Below are positions 20,185-27,280 of a stretch of DNA of 58,777 nt, in pieces (position 1 is the stretch's first letter; each line of letters begins with the position of its first letter). Position numbers and translations under genes: made by a program. Source of the DNA: Minisyncoccia bacterium (GTDB taxonomy: Bacteria > Patescibacteriota > Minisyncoccia > Phycocordibacterales > SBAW01); the NCBI GenBank assembly GCA_049997855.1, contig JBEKSG010000006.1, positions 1 through 58,777 on the forward strand. The letters are read 5' to 3'. The notes beneath the pieces were generated by a model. The model did no database searches. It was not told where the DNA came from and saw nothing but the letters and a program-made list of their open reading frames with translations.

Positions 20185-20595
20185 ATGGCTACCAACAAAA
20201 AAGAAACAACTAAAAAAGCTCTCTCCTCCGCTAAACCTGCCCGTCCGGCAGGCAGGTCGCGCGCCAAAAAGGCCGCGGCTCCTGTCATGGTGCAGCGCCT
20301 GCGCATCAAGGTAAAAGCTTACGAGCACAAGGTGCTCGATGCGAGCGTTAAGCAAATACTCGATACCGCGCTCCGCTACGACGCCACTATCGCGGGGCCG
20401 ATACCGCTTCCGACAGAAATAAAAAAATATACGGTTAACCGCTCAACGTTTATCTACAAAGACGCGCGCGAGCAGTTTGAGATGCGCGTACACAAACGCG
20501 TTATCGACATCCTCGACCCGTCTCCAAAAGTGATCGAAGCGCTCACCAATCTCTCGCTCCCTTCAGGAGTTACCATTGACGTAAAGATGGCGTAA
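20185..20595 (+). CDS. rpsJ: 30S ribosomal protein S10 with a Lys/Ala-rich N-terminal extension of about 34 aa
   Basis: The core [14 protein letters not shown]...HKRVIDI follows the extension. The extension contains a CCTGCC-N5-GGCAGG hairpin (20236-20252). Confidence 0.93.
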   Translation: MATNKKETTKKALSSAKPARPAGRSRAKKAAAPVMVQRLRIKVKAYEHKVLDASVKQILDTALRYDATIAGPIPLPTEIKKYTVNRSTFIYKDAREQFEMRVHKRVIDILDPSPKVIEALTNLSLPSGVTIDVKMA

Positions 20596-20602
20596 ATAAA
20601 AA

Positions 20603-20630
20603 ACCCCGCCATGCATGACGGGGTTTTTTT
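20603..20630 (+). terminator. Rho-independent terminator between rpsJ and rplC
   Basis: CCCCG...CGGGG stem followed by a T7 run. Confidence 0.65.
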
Positions 20631-20644
20631 ATATTCGCATAAAG

Positions 20645-20673
20645 TTGCATAAAAATTGGGCTTGATGTATATT
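20645..20673 (+). promoter_or_regulatory. Sigma-70-like promoter (TTGCAT-N17-TATATT) upstream of rplC
   Basis: Hexamers at 20645-20650 and 20668-20673. An 85-nt leader follows, with CTCGAC/GTCGAG and GTTCC-TTCG-GGAAC hairpins. Confidence 0.5.
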
Positions 20674-20761
20674 GCCTGGGACGTTAGAAATCCGCCTTGG
20701 CTCGACGCCGAGTCGAGACAGGTAGCGTTGATCCATGTTCCTTCGGGAACCAATAGACAAC

Positions 20762-21445
20762 ATGAAATTTATCCTTGGCACAAAAGGGAAGATGACCACC
20801 GTATTTACGGAAGACGGCCGCGCTTATGCAGCGACCGTCATTAATGCTACCCCTGCCGTGGTGACTCAAATCAAAACTAAAGAAAAGGAGGGTTACAACG
20901 CGGTGCAGATTGGCGCCATCAATAAAAAAGAGAGCCACACCAACAAAGCTCAGCTTGGTCATGCCAAGGGCAAAGCGTTTGCGCATTTTAAAGAATATAA
21001 GGAGCGCGGCGGTGCATTGCCAGCAGGCGTTGAGGTTGGTGCCACTATCGACGTCACCGCTTTTGTCGAAGGCGAAAAGGTGCAGGTCTCGGCAATCTCC
21101 AAAGGCCGCGGCTTCCAAGGCGTGGTCAAGCGCCACGGCTTCCACGGCGGTCCGCGCTCGCATGGTCAAAAGCACTCCGAGCGTTCGCCGGGTTCTATCG
21201 GCGGCTCGGGCGGCCGTGCGGGGGGTCGCGTTGCAAAGGGTATGCGCATGGCCGGCCGCATGGGTCAGGACCGCGTCACGGTGCGCAACCTTTCGGTGCT
21301 CCAGGTTTTGCCTGCCACTGGCGAGATTGTTATTGCGGGCGCAGTGCCGGGCCGCCGCGGCACGGTGGTTGAGATTCGCGGAAATTCTCAAAGTTCGAAT
21401 CAAGGTTCAACCTTGACTCAAGGCTCTTCAAGGTCGAACCTTTAA
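20762..21445 (+). CDS. rplC: 50S ribosomal protein L3 (C-terminal extension)
   Basis: [12 protein letters not shown]..., [13 protein letters not shown], and GAVPG motifs. The last about 14 codons are encoded by a repeat element. Confidence 0.95.
   Translation: MKFILGTKGKMTTVFTEDGRAYAATVINATPAVVTQIKTKEKEGYNAVQIGAINKKESHTNKAQLGHAKGKAFAHFKEYKERGGALPAGVEVGATIDVTAFVEGEKVQVSAISKGRGFQGVVKRHGFHGGPRSHGQKHSERSPGSIGGSGGRAGGRVAKGMRMAGRMGQDRVTVRNLSVLQVLPATGEIVIAGAVPGRRGTVVEIRGNSQSSNQGSTLTQGSSRSNL
21402..21442 (+). repeat. AAGGTTNAACCTT repeat element, copy 1 (forms the 3' end of rplC)
   Basis: aaggttcaaccttgactcaaggctcttcaaggtcgaacctt aligns with 25638-25678. Confidence 0.7.
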
Positions 21446-21450
21446 ACACT

Positions 21451-22176
21451 ATGGAAACAAAAATTACCAAAACCAAAAAAGCTTCTGTCGCTAAGCCAAG
21501 CGCGGCTAACCGCATGGAGGCAACGCTTTTTAACGCGCAAGGCGAGCAGGCTGGCACCTTTGTATTGCCGGAAAATCTCTTTGGTTTGCCGTGGAACGCC
21601 GACCTCGTGCATCAGGTGGTGCAAGGCATGCAAGCCAACGCACGCGGAGGCAATGCACACACCAAAGACCGCGGCGAGGTGCGCGGCGGTGGTCGCAAGC
21701 CGTGGCAGCAAAAGGGCACCGGCCGCGCGCGCCAAGGCTCTATCCGCTCGCCCCTTTGGAAGGGAGGCGGCGTGACGCACGGTCCTCGCAACGAAAAGGA
21801 CTACAGCCAAAAAATCAACCGCCAGGCGCGCCAAAAGGCGTTGCTCGTGGTGCTCTCGCGCAAACTCAAAGATGGCGAGGTTATTTTGATAGACAAACTT
21901 AACTTTGCCGAGCCTAAGGCCAAAGAGGCAAAGCGCGTGATAGACGCCTTTGGTAAAATCGGCATGCGCGCATTAAAAAAGAAGAACGCCGCTTTGATGG
22001 CACTCCCTGCAATGCACGCTCCGACCTTTAAGAGCTTTGGCAATTTTGGCAACGTCGAAATGGTTGAGGCACGCAACTTAAACCCGCTTTCGGTGCTCTC
22101 GAGCAAATACCTCGTGTTGGTAGATCCGGCGGCGGTTATCGAGACGCTCTCAAAAAAGCGCGTGGTTAAAAAATAA
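21451..22176 (+). CDS. rplD: 50S ribosomal protein L4
   Basis: 241-aa ORF; RGGGRKPWQQKGTGRARQGSIRSPLW. Confidence 0.95.
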   Translation: METKITKTKKASVAKPSAANRMEATLFNAQGEQAGTFVLPENLFGLPWNADLVHQVVQGMQANARGGNAHTKDRGEVRGGGRKPWQQKGTGRARQGSIRSPLWKGGGVTHGPRNEKDYSQKINRQARQKALLVVLSRKLKDGEVILIDKLNFAEPKAKEAKRVIDAFGKIGMRALKKKNAALMALPAMHAPTFKSFGNFGNVEMVEARNLNPLSVLSSKYLVLVDPAAVIETLSKKRVVKK

Positions 22177-22185
22177 TAATTTTTT

Positions 22186-22473
22186 ATGGAAAAGCATACC
22201 GGAAAAATTTTACACTCGCCACGCATCACCGAAAAAGGCGCATACCTCTCAGGACATGGAGCCTATGTATTTAACGTAGCAAAGAGTGTAAGCAAAAAAG
22301 AGATAGCCAATGCCGTGCAAGCGCTCTACAAAGTGACGCCGCGCAAAATTGCCGTGCTCGCGGTGCCTTCGAGCCGGGTTAAAACGCGCAACACCAACCG
22401 CACGGGTGCCACCGCCAAGGGTCGCAAGGCGTATGTGTATCTTAAAAAGGGCGAAACCATCGAACTCGTATAA
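22186..22473 (+). CDS. rplW: 50S ribosomal protein L23
   Basis: 95-aa ORF; typical L23 pattern and operon position. Confidence 0.9.
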   Translation: MEKHTGKILHSPRITEKGAYLSGHGAYVFNVAKSVSKKEIANAVQALYKVTPRKIAVLAVPSSRVKTRNTNRTGATAKGRKAYVYLKKGETIELV

Positions 22474-22494
22474 TCCTTCGACTACGCTCAGGAT
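22473..22494 (+). repeat. CCTTCGAC-N-GCTCAGG motif, copy 1
   Basis: atCCTTCGACtacGCTCAGGat; related copies at 28723 (+) and 35026 (-). Confidence 0.6.
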
Positions 22495-22512
22495 AAAAAA
22501 TAAGAATTTTTT

Positions 22513-23361
22513 ATGAAACAATATAAACCATACACCAAATCGCGCCGCCACATGACCTCAATCTCCTTTCGCAAGGTGTTGACCGCGGGAGAGCCACACA
22601 AAGCACTCACGTGGGGCGGGAAGCGCGGATTTGGCCGCAACAACGCGGGCCGCATCACCATGCGCCACCAAGGCGGCGGCCACAAACGTCTCCTTCGCGA
22701 TGTCGACTTTGGCTACAAAAAACAGGTGCCTGCCCGCATCGAGACTGTTGAGTACGATCCAAACCGCTCGGGCTTTATCGGTCTTTTGATATATAAAGAC
22801 GGCGAGCGCCGCTATGCGCTTTTGCCCAAGAGCGCCAAGGTGGGCGACACCATCGAGACCTCTGCCACTGCAGCTGTTATGCCGGGTAACCGCATGCCGC
22901 TTGCCAAAGTGCCGGTTGGCGCCTTTGTTTACAATGTTGAAATCAAGCCGGGCAACGGCGGCAAACTTGGCCGCTCTGCCGGCACGCATATCGAGGTTGT
23001 TGCACAGGACAACGGCTACACCGACCTCAAAATGCCTTCAAGCGAGGTGCGCAAAGTGCTCGACACCTGCTGGGCAACTTTGGGCGAGGTCTCCAATGAC
23101 GAGCATCACCTGGTGGTGATAGGCAAGGCAGGCCGCTCGCGCTGGATGGGTATCCGCCCAACGGTGCGCGGTACGGCAATGAATCCGGTTGACCATCCGC
23201 ACGGCGGCGGCGAGGGCAGGCAAGGCCGCGGTTTGCGCCGCGCAAAGAGCGCGTGGGGCAAACCAACAGGCAAAGGCCAAAAAACCCGCACGCCTAAAAA
23301 GTATTCCAACCACCTCATCGTGTCTCGCCGCAAAGTAGGCAAGCGCGGAACACAACAGTAG
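22513..23361 (+). CDS. rplB: 50S ribosomal protein L2
   Basis: 282-aa ORF; GGGHKR and NPVDHPHGGGEG. Confidence 0.97.
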   Translation: MKQYKPYTKSRRHMTSISFRKVLTAGEPHKALTWGGKRGFGRNNAGRITMRHQGGGHKRLLRDVDFGYKKQVPARIETVEYDPNRSGFIGLLIYKDGERRYALLPKSAKVGDTIETSATAAVMPGNRMPLAKVPVGAFVYNVEIKPGNGGKLGRSAGTHIEVVAQDNGYTDLKMPSSEVRKVLDTCWATLGEVSNDEHHLVVIGKAGRSRWMGIRPTVRGTAMNPVDHPHGGGEGRQGRGLRRAKSAWGKPTGKGQKTRTPKKYSNHLIVSRRKVGKRGTQQ

Positions 23362-23374
23362 GTTGGCAAAAAGT

Positions 23375-23403
23375 TTGACTCCAAAGAGGGTTTCCTGTAG
23401 TAT
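23375..23403 (+). promoter_or_regulatory. Sigma-70-like promoter (TTGACT-N17-TAGTAT) between rplB and rpsS
   Basis: Hexamers at 23375-23380 and 23398-23403. Confidence 0.45.
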
Positions 23404-23438
23404 CGTGTCAACTCTGGCTGTTTCCGATCAGGCACCCG

Positions 23439-23462
23439 CCTGCCGGTAGGCAGGGGTTTTTG
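23439..23462 (+). terminator. CCTGCC-GGTA-GGCAGG hairpin plus T-run (terminator/attenuator-like)
   Basis: 6-bp GC stem, followed by GGTTTTTG. Confidence 0.45.
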
Positions 23463-23494
23463 TTTGGACTTCGGTTTGGACTTGGGGCTCGCAG

Positions 23495-23514
23495 GCCTGC
23501 CTGCGCAGGCAGGC
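23495..23514. repeat. Perfect 20-nt palindrome GCCTGCCTGCGCAGGCAGGC (CCTGCC family)
   Basis: Self-complementary, 12 nt upstream of the rpsS ATG. The same core CCTGCCTGCGCAGGCAGG occurs at 30444-30461. Confidence 0.85.
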
Positions 23515-23525
23515 AGAAACACATA

Positions 23526-23882
23526 ATGGCACGATCGCTTAAAAAAGGTCCGTACGTGGACGAGAAGCTCCTCAAGAGGATTGAGGGCAAGAAACCTCAG
23601 ACCACTGAGCCTATTAAAACGTGGGCGCGCCGCTCGCAGATTGCGCCCGAGATGGTCGGCTTTACCTTTGGCGTCCACAACGGCAAGACGCACGTTGCAG
23701 TATTGGTGAGCGAGGACATGGTCGGGCACCGCCTGGGCGAGTTTTCTCCAACCAAAAAGTTCCAGCGCCACGGCGGCAAGATGCAAAAGGAGATGGAGCA
23801 AAAGGCAAAGGAAAGCGAGATTGCATCTGCACAGGCCGCTAAAGCCGCCGCCGATGTCAAGGCTACTGCCGAAAAAAAATAG
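23526..23882 (+). CDS. rpsS: 30S ribosomal protein S19 (C-terminal extension)
   Basis: [12 protein letters not shown]...GHRLGEF core plus a Lys/Ala/Glu-rich tail. Confidence 0.95.
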   Translation: MARSLKKGPYVDEKLLKRIEGKKPQTTEPIKTWARRSQIAPEMVGFTFGVHNGKTHVAVLVSEDMVGHRLGEFSPTKKFQRHGGKMQKEMEQKAKESEIASAQAAKAAADVKATAEKK

Positions 23883-23895
23883 TGTGATGCCAATA

Positions 23896-23922
23896 TACGA
23901 ATGTATGCGAATGATACGAATA
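23896..23922 (+). repeat. Array of three (T/G)(A/G)CGAAT(G/A) boxes with about 10-nt period
   Basis: tacgaatg / tgcgaatg / tacgaata in the rpsS-rplV spacer. Confidence 0.6.
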
Positions 23923-23928
23923 TAAAAA

Positions 23929-24285
23929 ATGACAGATGCAAGCGCAAAACTCAAAAACTATCGCCAGTCGCCCCGCAAGGTGCGCCTCGTTGCCGATTTA
24001 GTCCGCGGCAAAACCGCCGAGCACGCACTCGCGCTCCTCAATACGCTCCCTAAACGCGCGTCCGGGGCGATGATAAAGCTCATACAATCAGCCGTGGCAA
24101 ACGCCAAGCTCCCAGCTAAAGAGCTGAACATCTCCACCATCCAGGTTAACAACGGTATTATATTTAAGCGTGCTATGCCTCGCGCGCGCGGCCGCTCGGC
24201 GCCCATCCGCAAAAAAACGAGCGTCATCACTCTCGGCCTCAGCCGCAGGCTGATAAATAAAAAAGACGCGCCGTCTTTAAAATAA
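23929..24285 (+). CDS. rplV: 50S ribosomal protein L22
   Basis: 118-aa ORF; SPRKVRLVADLVRGK. Confidence 0.95.
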   Translation: MTDASAKLKNYRQSPRKVRLVADLVRGKTAEHALALLNTLPKRASGAMIKLIQSAVANAKLPAKELNISTIQVNNGIIFKRAMPRARGRSAPIRKKTSVITLGLSRRLINKKDAPSLK

Positions 24286-24289
24286 TTTT

Positions 24290-24997
24290 ATGTCTAAAGT
24301 CGTACACCCATTTGCACACCGCATCGGCATCCTCCGCGATTGGAGGCATCGTTGGTTTGCCGTCGGTGCGCAGTATCAGGCTTATCTCAAGGCAGACATT
24401 CTTTTGCGCGAATATTTGCAAAAAGAGATGCGCGGCATGTATGTGGGCGGCATCGACATCGAGCGCGGCGCGGGTACCTTGCGCGTTATCATTAAGACCT
24501 CGCGTCCGGGCGTTATCATCGGCCGCAGCGGCGAGGGCTCAATCAAACTCAAAAATAAAATTGCCGCTTTTCTTCAATCCCGACGCATAGTCGGGACCCC
24601 GACCAAAGCGTCGGGGAACAATCCAGTAGTAATGCCGGAGATAAAACTCGACATCGAAGAAATCCGCTCACCCGAGAGCAATGCGGCTATTGTGGCCTAC
24701 ATGGTCGCCGAGAGTTTGGAAAAGCGCCTGGCGTTTCGCCGCGTGCTCAAGCAAACGATAGAGAAGGTGATGGCCAACCGCGACGTGCTTGGCGTGCGCA
24801 TTCAAATCAGCGGCATGCTCGGCGGCGGTACCATGTCGCGCACCGAGCAGCTCAAAAAAGGCCGCATCCCGCTCCAAACCTTCCGCTCCGACATCGACTT
24901 TGCGCGCGAGAGGGCCAACCTTCCGCTTGGGGTCATCGGCATCAAGGTGTGGATATACAAAGGCGAAATCTTTTCCATTAGTGGAAAAGATAAGTAA
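24290..24997 (+). CDS. rpsC: 30S ribosomal protein S3 (with internal repeat-derived insertion)
   Basis: KVHPFAHRIGI, KH domain (RPGVIIGRSGEG), and C-domain (RTEQLKKGRIPLQTFRSDIDF). Confidence 0.96.
   Translation: MSKVVHPFAHRIGILRDWRHRWFAVGAQYQAYLKADILLREYLQKEMRGMYVGGIDIERGAGTLRVIIKTSRPGVIIGRSGEGSIKLKNKIAAFLQSRRIVGTPTKASGNNPVVMPEIKLDIEEIRSPESNAAIVAYMVAESLEKRLAFRRVLKQTIEKVMANRDVLGVRIQISGMLGGGTMSRTEQLKKGRIPLQTFRSDIDFARERANLPLGVIGIKVWIYKGEIFSISGKDK
24579..24616 (+). repeat. Double-hairpin CCCGAC repeat, copy 2 (in frame inside rpsC)
   Basis: CCCGACgcataGTCGGGa CCCCGACcaaagcGTCGGGG, translated as RRIVGTPTKASG. Confidence 0.8.
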
Positions 24998-25023
24998 AGT
25001 AGATTGCCGCGTAACATAAATGT

Positions 25024-25446
25024 ATGTTGACTCCTAAAAAAGTAAAATATCGCAAGTGGCACACAATGCGCCGTAATGCCAAAAAGGGCAAGGTGGAAAC
25101 GCGCGGCGTGACCGTGGCCTTTGGCTCGCACGGCCTTAAAGCAACCACGCACGCGCGCATACGCTCCAACCAACTCGAGAGCGCCCGTAAAGTGGTGGTG
25201 CGCAGTTTGGGTAAAACGGGCAAAATGTGGACGCGCGTATTTCCCGACAAGCCGTTTACGCAAAAGCCGCCGGAGGTAAAACTCGGCAAGGGCAAGGGCG
25301 ACCCGGTAGGCTACGAAGTTGATGTATGGCCCGGTCGCATCATCTTTGAGGTAGACGGCGTCACCGACCTGCTTGCGATTAAAGCACTCGCCAATGCCGC
25401 CAAAAAACTCCCGCTGCAGGCAAGGGTGGTAGCGCGCCATCAGTAA
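25024..25446 (+). CDS. rplP: 50S ribosomal protein L16
   Basis: 140-aa ORF; MLTPKKVKYRK and typical L16 blocks. Confidence 0.96.
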   Translation: MLTPKKVKYRKWHTMRRNAKKGKVETRGVTVAFGSHGLKATTHARIRSNQLESARKVVVRSLGKTGKMWTRVFPDKPFTQKPPEVKLGKGKGDPVGYEVDVWPGRIIFEVDGVTDLLAIKALANAAKKLPLQARVVARHQ

Positions 25447-25455
25447 AAAAGATAT

Positions 25456-25674
25456 ATGGCAAAGAAAACCAATTTACATAATCACACCGAAGAGGAGCTT
25501 AACACGCTTATTGCCGACAAACGCGAGGAGTTGCGCGTCTTGCGTTTTACCGCTTCCGGGAGTAAAAACAAAAACGTAAAGCTCGGGGCAACGCTCCGCA
25601 AAACAATAGCGCGCGCGCTTACCGCCAAGAACGCCCTAAGGTTAAACCTTAACACCAGGGCTCCAAAGGTTTAA
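25456..25674 (+). CDS. rpmC: 50S ribosomal protein L29 (C-terminal extension)
   Basis: 72-aa ORF; ELRVLRF pattern and operon position. Confidence 0.88.
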   Translation: MAKKTNLHNHTEEELNTLIADKREELRVLRFTASGSKNKNVKLGATLRKTIARALTAKNALRLNLNTRAPKV

Positions 25675-25678
25675 CCTT
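25638..25678 (+). repeat. AAGGTTNAACCTT repeat element, copy 2 (forms the 3' end of rpmC)
   Basis: aaggttaaaccttaacaccagggctccaaaggtttaacctt. The stop codon lies inside the last arm, in a different register from copy 1. Confidence 0.7.
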
Positions 25679-25687
25679 AAAAATTAT

Positions 25688-25951
25688 ATGGGACCGAAAA
25701 ACGCATCCAAAGAAATACATCGCAAGATACTCCGCGGCACGGTGGTGTCCGATAAAATGCAAGAGACTGCAGTGGTGGCTGTCTCGCGCTATGTTAAGCA
25801 CCCCAAGTACAAAAAGTACATGAAGATAACCAAAAAATACCATGCGCACAACCCGGGCAACAAAGCCAAGGAAGGCGAAATAGTAAGCATCCGCTCATGC
25901 CGTCCGCTTTCGAGGACCAAGTCGTTCGAGATACTGTTTGACGTCGCATAA
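25688..25951 (+). CDS. rpsQ: 30S ribosomal protein S17
   Basis: 87-aa ORF; GTVVSDKMQETAVV...HPKYKKY. Confidence 0.93.
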   Translation: MGPKNASKEIHRKILRGTVVSDKMQETAVVAVSRYVKHPKYKKYMKITKKYHAHNPGNKAKEGEIVSIRSCRPLSRTKSFEILFDVA

Positions 25952-25955
25952 TTAT

Positions 25956-26336
25956 ATGATCCAAGATCGCTCACTTGTTGTCATAGCAGATAACTCCGGC
26001 GCAAAAATCGGACGCATCTTTAAAATACCCGGCTCCTCGCGCAAACGCTACGCCGAGATAGGCGAGATGGTGGTGCTCTCGGTGCAAACCGCCGAGCCGC
26101 GCAAGGCCGTTAAGAAAAAAGATGTGCTCAAGGCTGTGGTCGTGCGCCAGCGCAAACCGTTTCGTCGCAAAGACGGCTCATATATCCGCTTTGACGAAAA
26201 CGCTGTGGTCATACTCGACGCCGGCGGCAAAGACAAAAAAGAGCCGAAGGCGGGACGCATCTTTGGTCCGATACCGCGCGAGCTCCAGGAGCTCGGCTAT
26301 CAAACCATCATCTCGCGCGCGCCTGAGGTCGTGTAA
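25956..26336 (+). CDS. rplN: 50S ribosomal protein L14
   Basis: MIQDRSLVVIADNSGAK start and typical L14 blocks. Confidence 0.96.
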   Translation: MIQDRSLVVIADNSGAKIGRIFKIPGSSRKRYAEIGEMVVLSVQTAEPRKAVKKKDVLKAVVVRQRKPFRRKDGSYIRFDENAVVILDAGGKDKKEPKAGRIFGPIPRELQELGYQTIISRAPEVV

Positions 26337-26344
26337 ATAATTTT

Positions 26345-26599
26345 ATGAACACATTGCATATAAAAAAAGGAGACAGCGTTACGGTGCTCTCCGGTAACGA
26401 AAAAGGGAAGAGCGGTAAAGTGCTCAAGGTGTTCCCTAAGCTCAGTATGGTGCTCGTGGAAGGTGTCGGCATGCGCAAAAAGCATCAGCGGGGCCGCCGC
26501 GAGGGCCAAAGGGGCCAAATCATCGACAAGCTTTTTCCTATCCACGCGAGCAATGTTGTCCTCGCGCAAGCGAAGAAACCGAGTAAAAAGAAAAATTAA
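26345..26599 (+). CDS. rplX: 50S ribosomal protein L24
   Basis: 84-aa ORF; KKGDSVTVLSGNEKGKSGKV (KOW motif). Confidence 0.93.
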   Translation: MNTLHIKKGDSVTVLSGNEKGKSGKVLKVFPKLSMVLVEGVGMRKKHQRGRREGQRGQIIDKLFPIHASNVVLAQAKKPSKKKN

Positions 26600-26609
26600 T
26601 AGAAAGAAA

Positions 26610-26654
26610 GCCGCGCCAAAAGGACGATTGCACGGCATGATTTCGACAAAATCA
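26610..26654 (+). repeat. 45-nt two-hairpin leader element, copy 1 (upstream of rplE)
   Basis: gccgcgccaaaaggacgattgcacggcatgatttcgacaaaatca; near-identical copies at 33358 (+) and 37713 (-). Confidence 0.9.
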
Positions 26655-26660
26655 ACTACT

Positions 26661-27215
26661 ATGCCTAAATTAATTCAAGAACAACAGCAAACCGCGTTTG
26701 ACGCGCTCAAGGAACAGTTTAGGTGGACTAACCGCATGCAGGTGCCCAAGCTCCAAAAGGTGGTTATCTCCGTGGGCGTGGGCAAAATGGCCAAAGACAA
26801 AAACAAAGTCGAGTTGGTAGCCGACCGTTTGGCAAAAATCACCGGCCAAAAGCCGGCCGAGCGCGGCGCTAAAAAATCTATCGCTACCTACAAAACGCGC
26901 ATCGGCGACAGGGTGGGCTATCAAATTACGCTCCGCGGTAAGCGCATGCAAGATTTCCTCAATCGTTTGATACACATTGCTCTGCCTCGCACCAAAGATT
27001 TTAAGGGCATCTCACAGAGCGGCATCGATGCGATGGGCAACTACACGCTCGGTATTAAAGAGCACATCGTCTTCCCCGAGACAGCCGACGAGGACATCAA
27101 AGACGTCTTTGGCATGGCCGCAACGGTTGTCACATCAGCCAAAAACCCCAAAGAAGCAAAAGCATATCTAACTCACCTAGGCTTTCCGTTTAAGAAGGAC
27201 GTTTCGCAAAAATAA
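26661..27215 (+). CDS. rplE: 50S ribosomal protein L5
   Basis: The MPKLIQEQ... start is chosen by comparison with typical L5 N-termini; MQVPKLQKVVISVGVG block. The ORF is open from 26463. Confidence 0.93.
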   Translation: MPKLIQEQQQTAFDALKEQFRWTNRMQVPKLQKVVISVGVGKMAKDKNKVELVADRLAKITGQKPAERGAKKSIATYKTRIGDRVGYQITLRGKRMQDFLNRLIHIALPRTKDFKGISQSGIDAMGNYTLGIKEHIVFPETADEDIKDVFGMAATVVTSAKNPKEAKAYLTHLGFPFKKDVSQK

Positions 27216-27252
27216 CGTTATAGATTGGTATATAAGGACATTATTTCTTCCG

Positions 27253-27280
27253 TTGATTTTTTACATAGCGGGTATATCAT
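27253..27280 (+). promoter_or_regulatory. Sigma-70-like promoter (TTGATT-N16-TATCAT)
   Basis: Hexamers at 27253-27258 and 27275-27280, directly after the rplE stop. Confidence 0.45.

Noticed and set aside
26637-26660. Alternative upstream ATGs for rplE (26637) and map (33387) lying inside the 45-nt repeat.
   Set aside because: The corresponding position in the rpmI copy is ACG. The downstream ATGs give N-termini that match typical L5 and MetAP proteins.
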